A stretch of DNA of 64,000 bases from Frankia alni ACN14a (GTDB taxonomy: Bacteria > Actinomycetota > Actinomycetes > Frankiales > Frankiaceae). The DNA is taken from contig NC_008278.1 of the NCBI RefSeq assembly GCF_000058485.1, positions 550,962 to 614,961 of the forward strand. The letters are read 5' to 3'. The notes below the pieces were generated by a model. The model was not told the DNA's origin. It saw only the letters and a program-made list of their open reading frames with translations, and ran no database searches. Shown one piece after another: positions 18,947 through 28,616 of the stretch. Each line of letters starts with the position of its first letter. The first letter of the stretch is position 1. A program made the translations under genes and the position numbers.

Positions 18947-19982
18947 CTAACCGTCCATTGTCAAGCACGTAAGGGCGTCATGTGGCAAGGGTCGGATGTA
19001 AGGGACTTTGGTCCTGTCGCGTCCGACAGATGGGGGTCGTACACTTTTACCAGTCCCGGTGAAGTTCTGCACCTGCGTTCCCCCCGTACGCCAGGTGAGG
19101 TGGCTTCACCGGGACTTCTTGCGTCCAAGCGTGTGTGCGGAGCGTTCCAGGGTCTTCCCGCGTCGCGCCGTGCCGCCGCTCACCCCCGCGGGGTGAATCC
19201 GGGCCGCTGCGCCTGTGCGCCCGCGCCCGCGCCCACATCCGCGACCACCGCCGGCGCGATCTCCCGGTGGTTGGCCAGCATGCTGCTCACCCCGCCGATC
19301 AGCCTCTGCCGGCGGGTGTCCCCGACCGGTCGATCCCCGCCTCGGGGTGTGGCACCTCGCCGCGCGGGTCTGGCCGGAGGGCTGTCGGCGGGCCGGCCTC
19401 GCCGACGTGCGGCTGGTGACGAGAGGGTGACTGAGTGCCACAGCGGGTATCGGAGGCGCGACGATGCCCCGTGCGCCCGGCGGCGCCCGGACCGCCGATG
19501 GGGAGGGAGAGGGGGCACCCACGATCGATCGCCGTCCGTCCCGGATCACGTGTCCACGGTGATGCGGATGAAAGATCCGACGGTCAGCGTCGCTTTGCCG
19601 ACAGGTTCGGCTACGTTCGGATAGATGTGAGATGTTTCGTAGATAACCAGTGTGGGCCGTAGCTGCGCCGTCGACCGGGGTCGATAGCCTGTTTTGGGCA
19701 TGTACTGACAAAGCTGGGCGTTACATCCGGACGAGTTGGAGGGGGCGCGGTCACGTCGGCGGGAGGCCGGCGTAATCCGGGGCCGTGGGGTCGTGAGGGT
19801 CACGGCCGCCAGGGAAGTTCCGCATCGCGGCGATGCCGTCCTGCGGATGCCCGCGGACCCGACATTGCGGCTGGGCCGCGGTGCCGGGCGACCGGGGTCC
19901 GCGCATCGGCGCGCCACCGCGATACGGGGCATCCGGAGCAGTGCCCGCTCACACGGATAACTCGGAAGGCAGGGGTGAACAG

Positions 19983-21113
19983 GTGCATGTCCCCGCGGCG
20001 CGCATCGTCTTCTCACCGGAGGATCGCGCGGAGATCGCGTCGGCCACGATCGAGATCCTTTCCACCGGCGCGATGACCTTGGGCGCTCATACCAACGAAT
20101 TCGAGTCGGCATTCGCCGCCGCTCACCGGGCCCCGTTCGCGGTGGCCGTGAGCAGCGGCACGGCCGCACTGGAGATCATTCTCCGAAGTCTGGACGTTCA
20201 GGGTGCGGACGTCGTCGTTCCCACCAACACCTTCGCCGCGACCGCGTTCGCGGTAATCCGGGCCGGGGCCACCCCGGTCTTTGCGGATGTGAGTCCGGAC
20301 ACCTTCGCGCTGACCGCCCGTGACGTCGCGGCGGCCGTGACCCCCAACACCCGGGCCGTGGTCCTGGTGCACATCGGCGGCCTGATTGCGTCGGACGTCG
20401 CCGAGCTGGCTGCGTTCTGCGCCGACCGGGGCCTCGCGCTCGTCGAGGACGCGGCGCACGCCCACGGCTGCCGCCACGGCGAGGGCTATGCCGGCTCCTT
20501 CGGGGTGGCGGGCGCGTTCTCGTTCTACCCGACCAAGCTGATCACCAGCGGCGAGGGCGGGATGATCGTCACCGCCGACCCCGCCATCCACGAGGCCGCC
20601 CTGGTCTACCGCGACCAGGGCAAGGCGGGCTTCCTCGGCAACACCCACATCAAGCAGGGCTACGCCTGGCGCCTCAGCGAGATGCACGCCGTCACCGGCA
20701 AGGTGCACCTGCGCCACCTCGACGAGTTCCTGACGACCCGGGCCGCCGTGGCCGCCCGCTACGACGCCGCGCTCGACGCCCTCGACGGCGCCACCCGCCT
20801 GCGGGTGCCCGCGGGCGACGTCTGCAACTACTACAAGTACATCGTGCTTCCTCGTCCCGGGGTCGACCGGGCGCGGCTGAAGAAGGAGCTCAAGGAGCGC
20901 TACGGGGTCTCGCTCAGCGGTGAGGTCTACGAGGCCCCGCTGCACCAGCAGCCCGTGTTCAGCGACTACGCGGGCCGCTCGCTGCCGGTCGCGGAGGACC
21001 TGTGCGCCCGGCACGTGTGCCTGCCGATCCATTCCGACATGACCGACGCGGAGGCCGACCATGTGGTCACCTCCTTCGCCGCCGCCCTGGCGAGCCTGGA
21101 CCTGGACGGGTGA
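19983..21113 (+). CDS. DegT/DnrJ/EryC1/StrS family PLP-dependent sugar aminotransferase (ArnB-like)
   Basis: AVSSGTAALEI, FSFYPTKLITSGEGGMIV. GTG start. Confidence 0.8.
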   Translation: MHVPAARIVFSPEDRAEIASATIEILSTGAMTLGAHTNEFESAFAAAHRAPFAVAVSSGTAALEIILRSLDVQGADVVVPTNTFAATAFAVIRAGATPVFADVSPDTFALTARDVAAAVTPNTRAVVLVHIGGLIASDVAELAAFCADRGLALVEDAAHAHGCRHGEGYAGSFGVAGAFSFYPTKLITSGEGGMIVTADPAIHEAALVYRDQGKAGFLGNTHIKQGYAWRLSEMHAVTGKVHLRHLDEFLTTRAAVAARYDAALDALDGATRLRVPAGDVCNYYKYIVLPRPGVDRARLKKELKERYGVSLSGEVYEAPLHQQPVFSDYAGRSLPVAEDLCARHVCLPIHSDMTDAEADHVVTSFAAALASLDLDG

Positions 21114-21121
21114 GCGTGAGC

Positions 21122-22099
21122 ATGAAGATTGCCGTTACCGGAGGCTCGGGCTTCATCGGCAGCCACGTCGTGGACCGTCTCCTCGACGCCGGGCACGACG
21201 TCCTCTCCCTCGACGTCGACTCCCGCCCGAGCGACCCGCGGGCCACCAGCCGGCAGGTCGACGTGCTCGACCTGCCGGGGCTGACCGCGGCGCTGGCCGG
21301 GGTCGAGGCGGTGTTCCACGTCGCGGGGATGTCCAACGTGGACTTCGCCTACGCCGATCCGGCGCGCACGGTGCGGCTCAACGTCGAGGGCACCGGCAAC
21401 GTCTGCGAGGCGGCCCGCCAGGCCGGCGTCGCTCGTGTGCTGTTCGCCAGCACCGTCTGGGTCTACGGCGCCGTCGGGGAACGGGCGGATCCGGCGCCCC
21501 TCACCGAGGACGCCGAGATCACTCTCGGTCGCGCCGGTCACGTCTACACCTCGACGAAGCTCGCCGCCGAGCTGCTGCTGCACAGCTACCAGCAGACCTA
21601 CGGGCTGCCCTTCACGATCCTGCGCTACGGCATCCCCTATGGTCCCGGCATGCGCGACGAGCTGGTGCTGGCCCGGTTCGTCCGCAAGGCGCTCGACGGC
21701 GAGTCGCTGACCGTCGCCGGCGACGGGCAGCAGTTCCGCAACTACGTGTTCGTCCGCGACCTCGCCGACGCCCACGTGCTGGCGCTGCGGCCCGAGGCGG
21801 AGAACGCCACCATCGCCCTGGAGGGCGCCGAGGCGGTCAGCGTGCTGGAGATGGCGCAGGCGGTGTGCAGCCACTTCCCCGGCACGGCGATCGAGCACGT
21901 CCCGGCCCGGCCGGGCGACTTCCGGGGCCGGGAGGTGTCGGCCCAGCGGGCGCTGGATCTGCTGGGCTGGCAGCCGACCACCCCGTTCACGGACGGGGTA
22001 CGGCAGTACATCGAGTGGTACCTGGCAAACCGACGGCCTCCGGCGCAGGCCGTCCAGCCCGTCGACGACCTAGACGTCTCCGCGGCGTCCTCGGAGTAA
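21122..22099 (+). CDS. NAD-dependent epimerase/dehydratase family protein
   Basis: VTGGSGFIGSHVV Rossmann motif and YTSTK catalytic motif. It starts 9 nt after the DegT stop. Confidence 0.8.
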   Translation: MKIAVTGGSGFIGSHVVDRLLDAGHDVLSLDVDSRPSDPRATSRQVDVLDLPGLTAALAGVEAVFHVAGMSNVDFAYADPARTVRLNVEGTGNVCEAARQAGVARVLFASTVWVYGAVGERADPAPLTEDAEITLGRAGHVYTSTKLAAELLLHSYQQTYGLPFTILRYGIPYGPGMRDELVLARFVRKALDGESLTVAGDGQQFRNYVFVRDLADAHVLALRPEAENATIALEGAEAVSVLEMAQAVCSHFPGTAIEHVPARPGDFRGREVSAQRALDLLGWQPTTPFTDGVRQYIEWYLANRRPPAQAVQPVDDLDVSAASSE

Positions 22100-22101
22100 C
22101 C

Positions 22102-23445
22102 ATGGCGCAGATCGGCGGTATCACGGTGAGCGGACCATCCGAAAACGGCGATGCGGCGGCGATGGCCGCCCCTGCGACCCGACCCTCCGCGGAGGGTCGG
22201 CCGGCGGGGGTGGTGTCGGCGGTCGAGCGGCTCGGCGACGGCGGGGCGCCCGACCGCGGCGGACCGGTGATCGACGGCGTCGCGGTGGAGGAGGCCGCGA
22301 CCGCGGCCCTGCTCGCCGGGGCCGCGTCGCGGCAGCCGGCGACCCGTCGTGGATCGGCGCTGCTGCTGTCCGGCTCGCTGGGCATGGGGCACGACGTCAT
22401 GGCCGAGGCGTGCGGGGCGTCGCTGACCCGGCGAGGGTTCACCGCCCGGACCGCCGACAGCCTGCGCATGCTCGGCGGGCGCAACGGCTCCCGCGGGGAG
22501 AAGGTCTTCCGCGGGATGATCGCCGTGCCGGGCCTGTACGACGCCGTGCACTTCTCCCAGATGCGCACCGGCGGCCGGCTGGCCCTGGCGATCGAGCGGG
22601 CGTCGAGCCGCTACGTCGTCCCCGCGCTGCGTCAGGAGCTCACCGAGCAACCGACCGATCTGGTCATCTCCATCTTCGCCACCGGCGCCGCAGCGACCAG
22701 CCGGGTCAAGCCGGAGTTTCCCGGCCTGGTCACCGCGGTGTTCTCCACCGACTGCTGCGTGCACCGGCTGTGGGTGCACGACAACACCGACCTGTACCTG
22801 GTCACCTCGCAGACCGCCGCCCGCTACGTGCGGCGGTTCGCGCCGAACGCGCTCGTCTCGGTCGTGCCCACCCCGGTGCGCGAGCCGTTCTACGACCCGC
22901 CCACCCAGGAGGAGGCGCGCGCGGCACTCGGCATCCCGGCCGACGCTCCGTGCGTGCTGCTGATGTCCGGCTCCTGGGGACTCGGGCCGCTGGTCGAGGG
23001 CGCCGCGGCGATGGCGGCGGCGGGGATCTACGTGCTCGCGGTGGCCGGGCGGAACAAGCCGCTGGCGGCGCGGCTGACCGCCCTGGCCGAGCGGCAGCAC
23101 AAGGTCATCCCGTTCGGCTTCACCGACCGCATCCCGGCGCTGATGGCCGCCAGCGACCTGGTCGTCACCTCCTCCGGGGACACCTGCAGCGAGGCGCGGG
23201 TGATCGGCCGGGACCTGCTGCTCATCGACGTCGTGCCGGGGCACGGCCGCGACAACCTGCAGAAGGAGCTCGAACGCGGGCACGCCGAGGTCACCAACAC
23301 CGACCCGGTGTCGCTGACCCGCTCCGCGCTGGCCTGCCTCGACCGGGTCAAGCCCCCCTCGGACCGGGTGGCGATCGGGCCGCAGGCGTGGGAGCAGGCG
23401 TTCGGTTCGGCCCTGGCGCAGATCGGCTTCGGTGCCCACTGGTGA
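22102..23445 (+). CDS. MGDG-synthase-like / GT28 (MurG-like) glycosyltransferase with low-complexity N-terminal extension
   Basis: LLLSGSLGMGHDV N-domain motif and a C-terminal GT-B half (LLMSGSWG, FGFTDRIPALMAASDLVVTSSG). The ATG is 3 nt after the epimerase stop. Confidence 0.65.
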   Translation: MAQIGGITVSGPSENGDAAAMAAPATRPSAEGRPAGVVSAVERLGDGGAPDRGGPVIDGVAVEEAATAALLAGAASRQPATRRGSALLLSGSLGMGHDVMAEACGASLTRRGFTARTADSLRMLGGRNGSRGEKVFRGMIAVPGLYDAVHFSQMRTGGRLALAIERASSRYVVPALRQELTEQPTDLVISIFATGAAATSRVKPEFPGLVTAVFSTDCCVHRLWVHDNTDLYLVTSQTAARYVRRFAPNALVSVVPTPVREPFYDPPTQEEARAALGIPADAPCVLLMSGSWGLGPLVEGAAAMAAAGIYVLAVAGRNKPLAARLTALAERQHKVIPFGFTDRIPALMAASDLVVTSSGDTCSEARVIGRDLLLIDVVPGHGRDNLQKELERGHAEVTNTDPVSLTRSALACLDRVKPPSDRVAIGPQAWEQAFGSALAQIGFGAHW

Positions 23446-23684
23446 TGCGCTGCCCACGCGTCGGCGCTGGAACGGATCGGCGGCGGGCGGGTACTCGTCC
23501 AGCCCGGGACGTTCCACGCGGCCCGCGGTGTTGACCCCGTCAGACGTTGTCGTCCCGGGTGTGGGCACGGGGCGGCGGGGGACGAGTGAGGCGGCCAGCG
23601 CATGGGCAGGGCAGGGGGATCCCGCCATGATCGGCGGAATCCGGGCGCGACCGACGGCACGCCCGTGACCAGGATGGCGCGCGT

Positions 23685-24944
23685 ATGAGCAAGGCGTTGG
23701 CGCTCGGCCTGCCCACCGCGATGGTGTCGGCCGCGCTGTACGGGGTCGCGCCGCTGGTGCAGGCGCGGGCCGCCCGGCGCGAGGAGGAGAGTTCCGGCCT
23801 GGGGCTGGGCCTGCTGGCGCGGCTGGTGCTGCGCCCGCTCTGGCTGCTCGGGCTCGCCGTCGAGGCGACGTCGTTCCTGCTGGAGGTCTACGCCCTGTCG
23901 GTCGCGCCGGTGGCGATGGTCGCCCCGGTGATGGCGCTCGACATGATCATATTCACGTTGCTGGCCCAGCGGGTGCTCGGTGAACGGATCAGTCTGACCG
24001 GCTGGCTGGGCGTCGGCTCGATGGTCGCCGGGGTCGGCCTGCTCGCCTACGCCTTCGCCAGCCGCGCCGAGGTCGGCAGCGCGGCCAGCACGGACGTCCT
24101 GCTGGCCTTCCTCGTCCTCGGCCTGGTCTTCGCGCTGGTGTGCGCGTTCCTCGCGAATGTCGCCGCCGCCCGGAGCATGATTGCCGGGGCGGCGTTCGGA
24201 TTCGGCGCGGCCGCCGGCGTCTGCTATGCGATCGCCACCCTCGCCACCCGGCAGATCGGCCTGGCGGTCAACGATCGCCGCGAGGGCCAGTCCGCGCTGG
24301 CCGACCTGCTCACCACCCCGACGCCGTACGTCCTCGTGCTGTTCTCCGTGCTGGCGCTCGGTCTACAGCAGCGTGGGCTGCAGGGCCGGGCGGCGGTGAT
24401 CGCATTCCCCGTGACCAGCGGGGTGTCCGCCTTCCTGCCGGTCACCCTGGGGCTGACCCTGTTCGGTGAGCCGGCCCCGGACGGCGCCCAGCGGGTGGCG
24501 TTCGTCGTCGCGATGGTGATGGTGGCCGCCGGCATCGCCGCACTGGGGCGCGACCGGATGGCGGCCAACCGTTCCGTGGACGAGCTGGAGGGCGCCGCGG
24601 CACGCCCCGCCGACGGGCCGGGTTCGGGTCGGCCGGATCCAGATCGGCCGGGTTCGGGTCGGCCGGACGTGGATCGGCCGGACGCGGGTCGGCCGGATGT
24701 GGGTCGGCCGGATTCACGGCGGGCCGATTCTGACGGGCTGGATCCGGCCGAGCGGCTGGACCCGGAGCGGCTGGACTCCGAGCCGCTGGACTCGGGACGC
24801 ATGGATCTGGAACGGGTGGATCTCGGGCGCTCCGAGCGGGTGGACTCCGACCTCGGGCGGCGTACCCGCCACGGCGACGACCCGTGGAACCCGCCGGGGC
24901 GGGGAGACGGTGGGCCCGGCGCCGCGCTGCGGGAGTTCGGCTGA
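23685..24944 (+). CDS. EamA/DMT-superfamily membrane protein (ArnE/ArnF-like duplicated 4-TM halves) with GRPD-repeat C-terminal tail
   Basis: About 290 aa of TM helices are followed by about 120 aa of (P/D)GRPD repeats. Confidence 0.55.
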   Translation: MSKALALGLPTAMVSAALYGVAPLVQARAARREEESSGLGLGLLARLVLRPLWLLGLAVEATSFLLEVYALSVAPVAMVAPVMALDMIIFTLLAQRVLGERISLTGWLGVGSMVAGVGLLAYAFASRAEVGSAASTDVLLAFLVLGLVFALVCAFLANVAAARSMIAGAAFGFGAAAGVCYAIATLATRQIGLAVNDRREGQSALADLLTTPTPYVLVLFSVLALGLQQRGLQGRAAVIAFPVTSGVSAFLPVTLGLTLFGEPAPDGAQRVAFVVAMVMVAAGIAALGRDRMAANRSVDELEGAAARPADGPGSGRPDPDRPGSGRPDVDRPDAGRPDVGRPDSRRADSDGLDPAERLDPERLDSEPLDSGRMDLERVDLGRSERVDSDLGRRTRHGDDPWNPPGRGDGGPGAALREFG

Positions 24945-25147
24945 GCCGCTGGGGTGTGCGGCCCGGGCGACTAACCGTCATCAAGGGCGCGGACCGGCAC
25001 GGTCGTTAACCCTGACGGCAAGAGCCCGAACTTATAGTGACGCGGCATGTGCTTTCGGTGAGATAGTCGAGGTGGCCGGCCGCCCGGGTTCACCCCCCGA
25101 TCGCCCGGGCGCCCGGCCGTCTCCCGCCCGCGGCCACCACTGCCCGC

Positions 25148-25999
25148 TCAGGGTAGCCGCGGGACGGGCCGAAGCATCGCGGGATGCAGCACCGTGGCGT
25201 CGCCCCGGCGGTACAGCTCCGCGGGCCGGCCTCCGTCTCGGCTCGTGAAGCGCCCGGTCGGGACGAGAAAGCCCGCGGTCCCGGTCACCTTGCGGTGGAA
25301 GTTGCGGGGGTCCAGCCGTGAGTTCCAGACCAGCTCGTAGATCCGGCGCAGCTCCGCCACCGTGAACTCGTCCTCGCAGAAGGCCGCCGCCGCCGCACTG
25401 TACTCGATCTTCGCCCGGGCGCGTTCCAGCCCGTCCGCGAGGATCGCCGCATGGTCGAAGGCCAGCCGGGACCCGCAGCCCTGGGTCGAGACCGGCTCCC
25501 AGCGGCTCGCGGCGGCGTCCGTGCCGGCGATCGGCGTACGCGACTGCGGCGCGAGCGCCAGGAACGCCACCGTGACAACCCGGCCGCGGGGATCGCGATC
25601 CGGCGCGCCGTAGGTCGCGAGCTGTTCGAGATGTGCCGGGGGGTGGCGCAGCCCGGTCTCCTCGGCGAGTTCCCGCACGGCCGCCGCGGCGAGGTCCTCG
25701 CCCGGCCGGACGAAGCCGCCGGGCAGGGCCCATCGGTCCCGGTAGGGCTCGATCCCGCGGCGCACCAGCAGCACCTGGAGCTGCTCCTCGCGGACGGTCA
25801 GCAGGACCAGATCGACGCTGAGCGCCACCGGCACGACCTCCGCCGGCAGCCCGCCCGCCCCGCCGCCGGCGTGGGTGTCTGCGTCGGCGTGGGTGTCGGC
25901 GTGGGCGTCGGTGTCGGGGCCGGGGTCGGGGTGGTCGTGGGCGGTCGTGGCGGCGGACGACTCCGGTGGGGACGGCATGCGGGGAACCCTACTCGTCAT
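25148..25999 (-). CDS. Nudix hydrolase fused to NrtR-like C-terminal winged-helix domain
   Basis: Intact Nudix box GGFVRPGEDLAAAAVRELAEETG. The C-terminal FTVAELRRIYELVWNSRLDPRNFHRKV resembles NrtR DNA-binding domains. The N-terminus is His/Asp-rich and repetitive. Confidence 0.6.
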   Translation of the reverse strand: MTSRVPRMPSPPESSAATTAHDHPDPGPDTDAHADTHADADTHAGGGAGGLPAEVVPVALSVDLVLLTVREEQLQVLLVRRGIEPYRDRWALPGGFVRPGEDLAAAAVRELAEETGLRHPPAHLEQLATYGAPDRDPRGRVVTVAFLALAPQSRTPIAGTDAAASRWEPVSTQGCGSRLAFDHAAILADGLERARAKIEYSAAAAAFCEDEFTVAELRRIYELVWNSRLDPRNFHRKVTGTAGFLVPTGRFTSRDGGRPAELYRRGDATVLHPAMLRPVPRLP

Positions 26000-26044
26000 G
26001 TTGACGAGAACCGCGATCCCGGATTATCGTCAAATCGACGATAA
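25992..26044. promoter_or_regulatory. two perfect palindromes in the divergent NrtR-like/SPFH promoter (candidate NrtR operators)
   Basis: CTCGTCA-TGT-TGACGAG at 25992-26008 and TTATCGTC-AAATC-GACGATAA at 26024-26044, both read directly. They share a TCGTC/GACGA core. Confidence 0.5.
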
Positions 26045-26059
26045 AGAGAGGACCTTCCC

Positions 26060-27100
26060 ATGGCGGACATCAGCCGGGCGCCGTTCCTGTGCCACCTGCG
26101 GGGCACCCCCACCGCGTACATCCGCCACCAGCGCGGCACAGCCGTCGCCCACGAGGGCGTCGGCCTGGTCTTCTGGTATCGGCCGCGCACGGCGGTGATC
26201 AGCGAGGTGCCGGTCGACGACCGGGAGCTCGCGGTGCTCTTCCACGCGCGGACCGCCGACTTCCAGGACGTCGCGGTGCAGGCCACCGTCACCTACCGGA
26301 TCGCCGACCCGGTGCTGGCCGCCACCCGCCTCGACTTCGGCATCGACCCCGAGCTCGGGACCTGGCGGGAGAAGCCCCTCGACCAGCTCGCCGGGATGAT
26401 CAATGAGTCGGCCCAGGAGTACGCCTCGGACCTGCTCGCCCGCACGTCGCTCACCACCGCGCTCGCCGAGGGGGTGCCGGTCATCCGCGAACGGGTGACC
26501 ACCGGTCTGCGCGGCGACGCCCGCCTGGTCCAGACGGGGGTGAGCGTGGTCGGCGTCCGCGTGGTCGCCGTCCGCCCGGCGCCGGAGGTGGAGAAGGCGC
26601 TGCGCACGCCCACCCGTGAGCAGATCCAGACCGAGGCCGACCGGGCCACCTATGGCCGCCGCGCGCTCGCCGTCGAGCAGGAGCGGCGCATCGCCGAGAA
26701 CGAACTGCAGAGCAAGATCGAGCTGGCCGTGCGCGCGGAGCGGCTCGTGACCCAGGAGGGAGCCAACGAGCAGCGCCGGATGACCGAGCAGGCAGCCGCG
26801 GCGCGCATCGCCGCCGCGGCGGAGGCGGAGCGGGCGCAGACGGCCGCCCGCTCGCAGGCCGAGCGGGTTCGGGTGGAGGCGGCAGCGCAGGCCGAGGCCC
26901 TCCGCCTGGTCGGACAGGCCGAGGCCGACGCCGAGGCGGCCCGGGTCGCCGCGGTCACCGGTCTGGACAGCTCGGCGGTGGTCGCGCTGGCGGTGCGCGA
27001 CCTGGCCGACCATCTGCCCGCGATCGGGGCGCTCACCATCACCCCCGATGTGGTCACCGAGGCGGTCGCCCGGTTCGTCCGCGCCGGCACCCCGCGGTGA
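26060..27100 (+). CDS. SPFH/band-7 family protein
   Basis: SPFH core followed by an A/E/R-rich coiled coil. AGAGAGGA RBS. Confidence 0.7.
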   Translation: MADISRAPFLCHLRGTPTAYIRHQRGTAVAHEGVGLVFWYRPRTAVISEVPVDDRELAVLFHARTADFQDVAVQATVTYRIADPVLAATRLDFGIDPELGTWREKPLDQLAGMINESAQEYASDLLARTSLTTALAEGVPVIRERVTTGLRGDARLVQTGVSVVGVRVVAVRPAPEVEKALRTPTREQIQTEADRATYGRRALAVEQERRIAENELQSKIELAVRAERLVTQEGANEQRRMTEQAAAARIAAAAEAERAQTAARSQAERVRVEAAAQAEALRLVGQAEADAEAARVAAVTGLDSSAVVALAVRDLADHLPAIGALTITPDVVTEAVARFVRAGTPR

Positions 27101-28020
27101 GCCTCGCCCCGCGCGCGGTGCTTGTGCACCGGCGTACCGAGTACGCCGAGCTGATGGACCGGCACGGCACCCGCGGCCAGGCCGCGTTCTTCCTGGCCAC
27201 CCGCGGACGAGAGCTGGCCGAGGTGCAGGCCGCCCACGACGGCGCCGAGGCGGCCAGGCGGGTGGTCGCCGCGGCGATCCCGCCGCACTGGCGTCGCGGC
27301 GAGGTGGAGCGGACCGACCTCGACCGGTTCCTGTTCGCTCCGGATGACGTGGTCGTCTGCGTCGGGCAGGACGGGCTCGTCGCGAACGTCGCGAAGTACC
27401 TCGACGGGCAGCTCGTCCTGGGGATCAACGCCGAACCCGCCCGCACGCCGGGTGTCCTGGTCCGGCACACCCCGGGTGAGGCCGCCGCCCTGCTGCGCAC
27501 CGTCGAGGGATCTCCCACGGACCCCGCTCGGGGGCTTGGCCGCCTGCTGCGCGAACTGACCATGGTCGAGGCCCGCTCCGACGACGGCCAGCGCCTCGTC
27601 GCGCTGAACGAGATCTACGTCGGCCACCCCGGTCACCAGACCGCCCGGTACCGGCTGCGGGTCCCCGGCGAGGGCGTCCCGGTGACCGAGCGGCAGGCGT
27701 CGTCCGGACTGCTGGTCGGCACCGGCACCGGGGCGACGGGCTGGTGCCGCTCGGTCTGGGCGCAGCGGCGCAGCGAGCTTCCGCTACCGGCGCCGACCGC
27801 CGGCGCCCTGGCCTGGTTCGTCCGCGAGGCGTGGCCGTCACCGGCCACGGGCACCGCCTGCACCGAGGGCCGCCTCACCGGGCCGGCGCGACTGGAGGTC
27901 CTGGTGGAGGCTGATCGGATGGTCGTGTTCGGCGACGGCATCGAGGCGGACACGATCGAGCTGTCCTGGGGGCAGCAGCTCACCGTCGGCGTGGCCGACC
28001 GCCGCCTGCGCCTCGCCTAG
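27097..28020 (+). CDS. diverged ATP-NAD kinase (NadK/DAGK_cat superfamily)-like protein
   Basis: GQDGL replaces the canonical GGDGT. The NE motif is [15 protein letters not shown] replaces TGSTAY. GTG start overlaps the SPFH stop (GTGA). Confidence 0.5.
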   Translation: MSLAPRAVLVHRRTEYAELMDRHGTRGQAAFFLATRGRELAEVQAAHDGAEAARRVVAAAIPPHWRRGEVERTDLDRFLFAPDDVVVCVGQDGLVANVAKYLDGQLVLGINAEPARTPGVLVRHTPGEAAALLRTVEGSPTDPARGLGRLLRELTMVEARSDDGQRLVALNEIYVGHPGHQTARYRLRVPGEGVPVTERQASSGLLVGTGTGATGWCRSVWAQRRSELPLPAPTAGALAWFVREAWPSPATGTACTEGRLTGPARLEVLVEADRMVVFGDGIEADTIELSWGQQLTVGVADRRLRLA

Positions 28021-28046
28021 CAAGCACCCTGCCTGCCGCGCCTCTC

Positions 28047-28158
28047 GGGCTACGCGCCCTGCCGGCTACGCGCCCTGCCGGCTACGCGCCTTACCGGCTA
28101 CGCGCCTTGCCTGCCGCGCTTTATTCGGGCTGCGTCCCTCGCCGGCTGCGTCCCTCGG
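28047..28158. repeat. intergenic tandem repeats (about 16 nt gctacgcgccctgccg x4, then ggctgcgtccctcg x2)
   Basis: Direct reading immediately after the NadK-like stop. Confidence 0.8.
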
Positions 28159-28286
28159 TGGTCAGCCGCGGCGGCGAGCCCGCCGGCCTGGCCGGGAGGT
28201 CCAGGGCCGGCCAGGCCGGCGCACCGCGCCGGTCGCGGAGGGGCCGGGCGGCGGACGGCGCCGCCCGCCCGGCCTGGGCCTGCCCA

Positions 28287-28616
28287 TCACACTCCGAAGC
28301 GTTCGAGAGCCTTGCTTACCCGAAGATTTGCCTGCGCAAAGGTGATCTTCCCGTCCACGTACGCCGACAGCGCCGCGCGCCGAACACGTTCGACGCGCTG
28401 ATCTTTCATCGGGGTGTTGAGCAGGTTGGTCGTGGCGGTGGCCACGGCAATCACCTCCCAGTGGCAGGGGAACAGGATGGTGCTACGCGGGTGGATCTCG
28501 GAGTCGTGCCCGTGGCCGGGGATCCGTCGGGGACGTCGATGCCCGGCGGATCCAGAGGCGGACCGACCGTGATCGAAGGTGCGGGGGTGCCCGGCGCGCG
28601 GGCGGGAGCGCCGTTC
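28287..28616 (-). pseudogene. decayed C-terminal remnant of a metallophosphoesterase-like gene (open frame with GHxH motif, no usable start; terminal 40-aa ORF MKDQRVERV...)
   Basis: The minus frame has high GC3 and reads ...RIPGHGHDSEIHPRSTILFPCHWEVIAVATATTNLLNTPMKDQRVERVRRAALSAYVDGKITFAQANLRVSKALERFGV*. An in-frame TGA lies at 28617-28619 and no start codon follows before the internal Met. Base composition is lower GC than the flanks. Confidence 0.25.
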
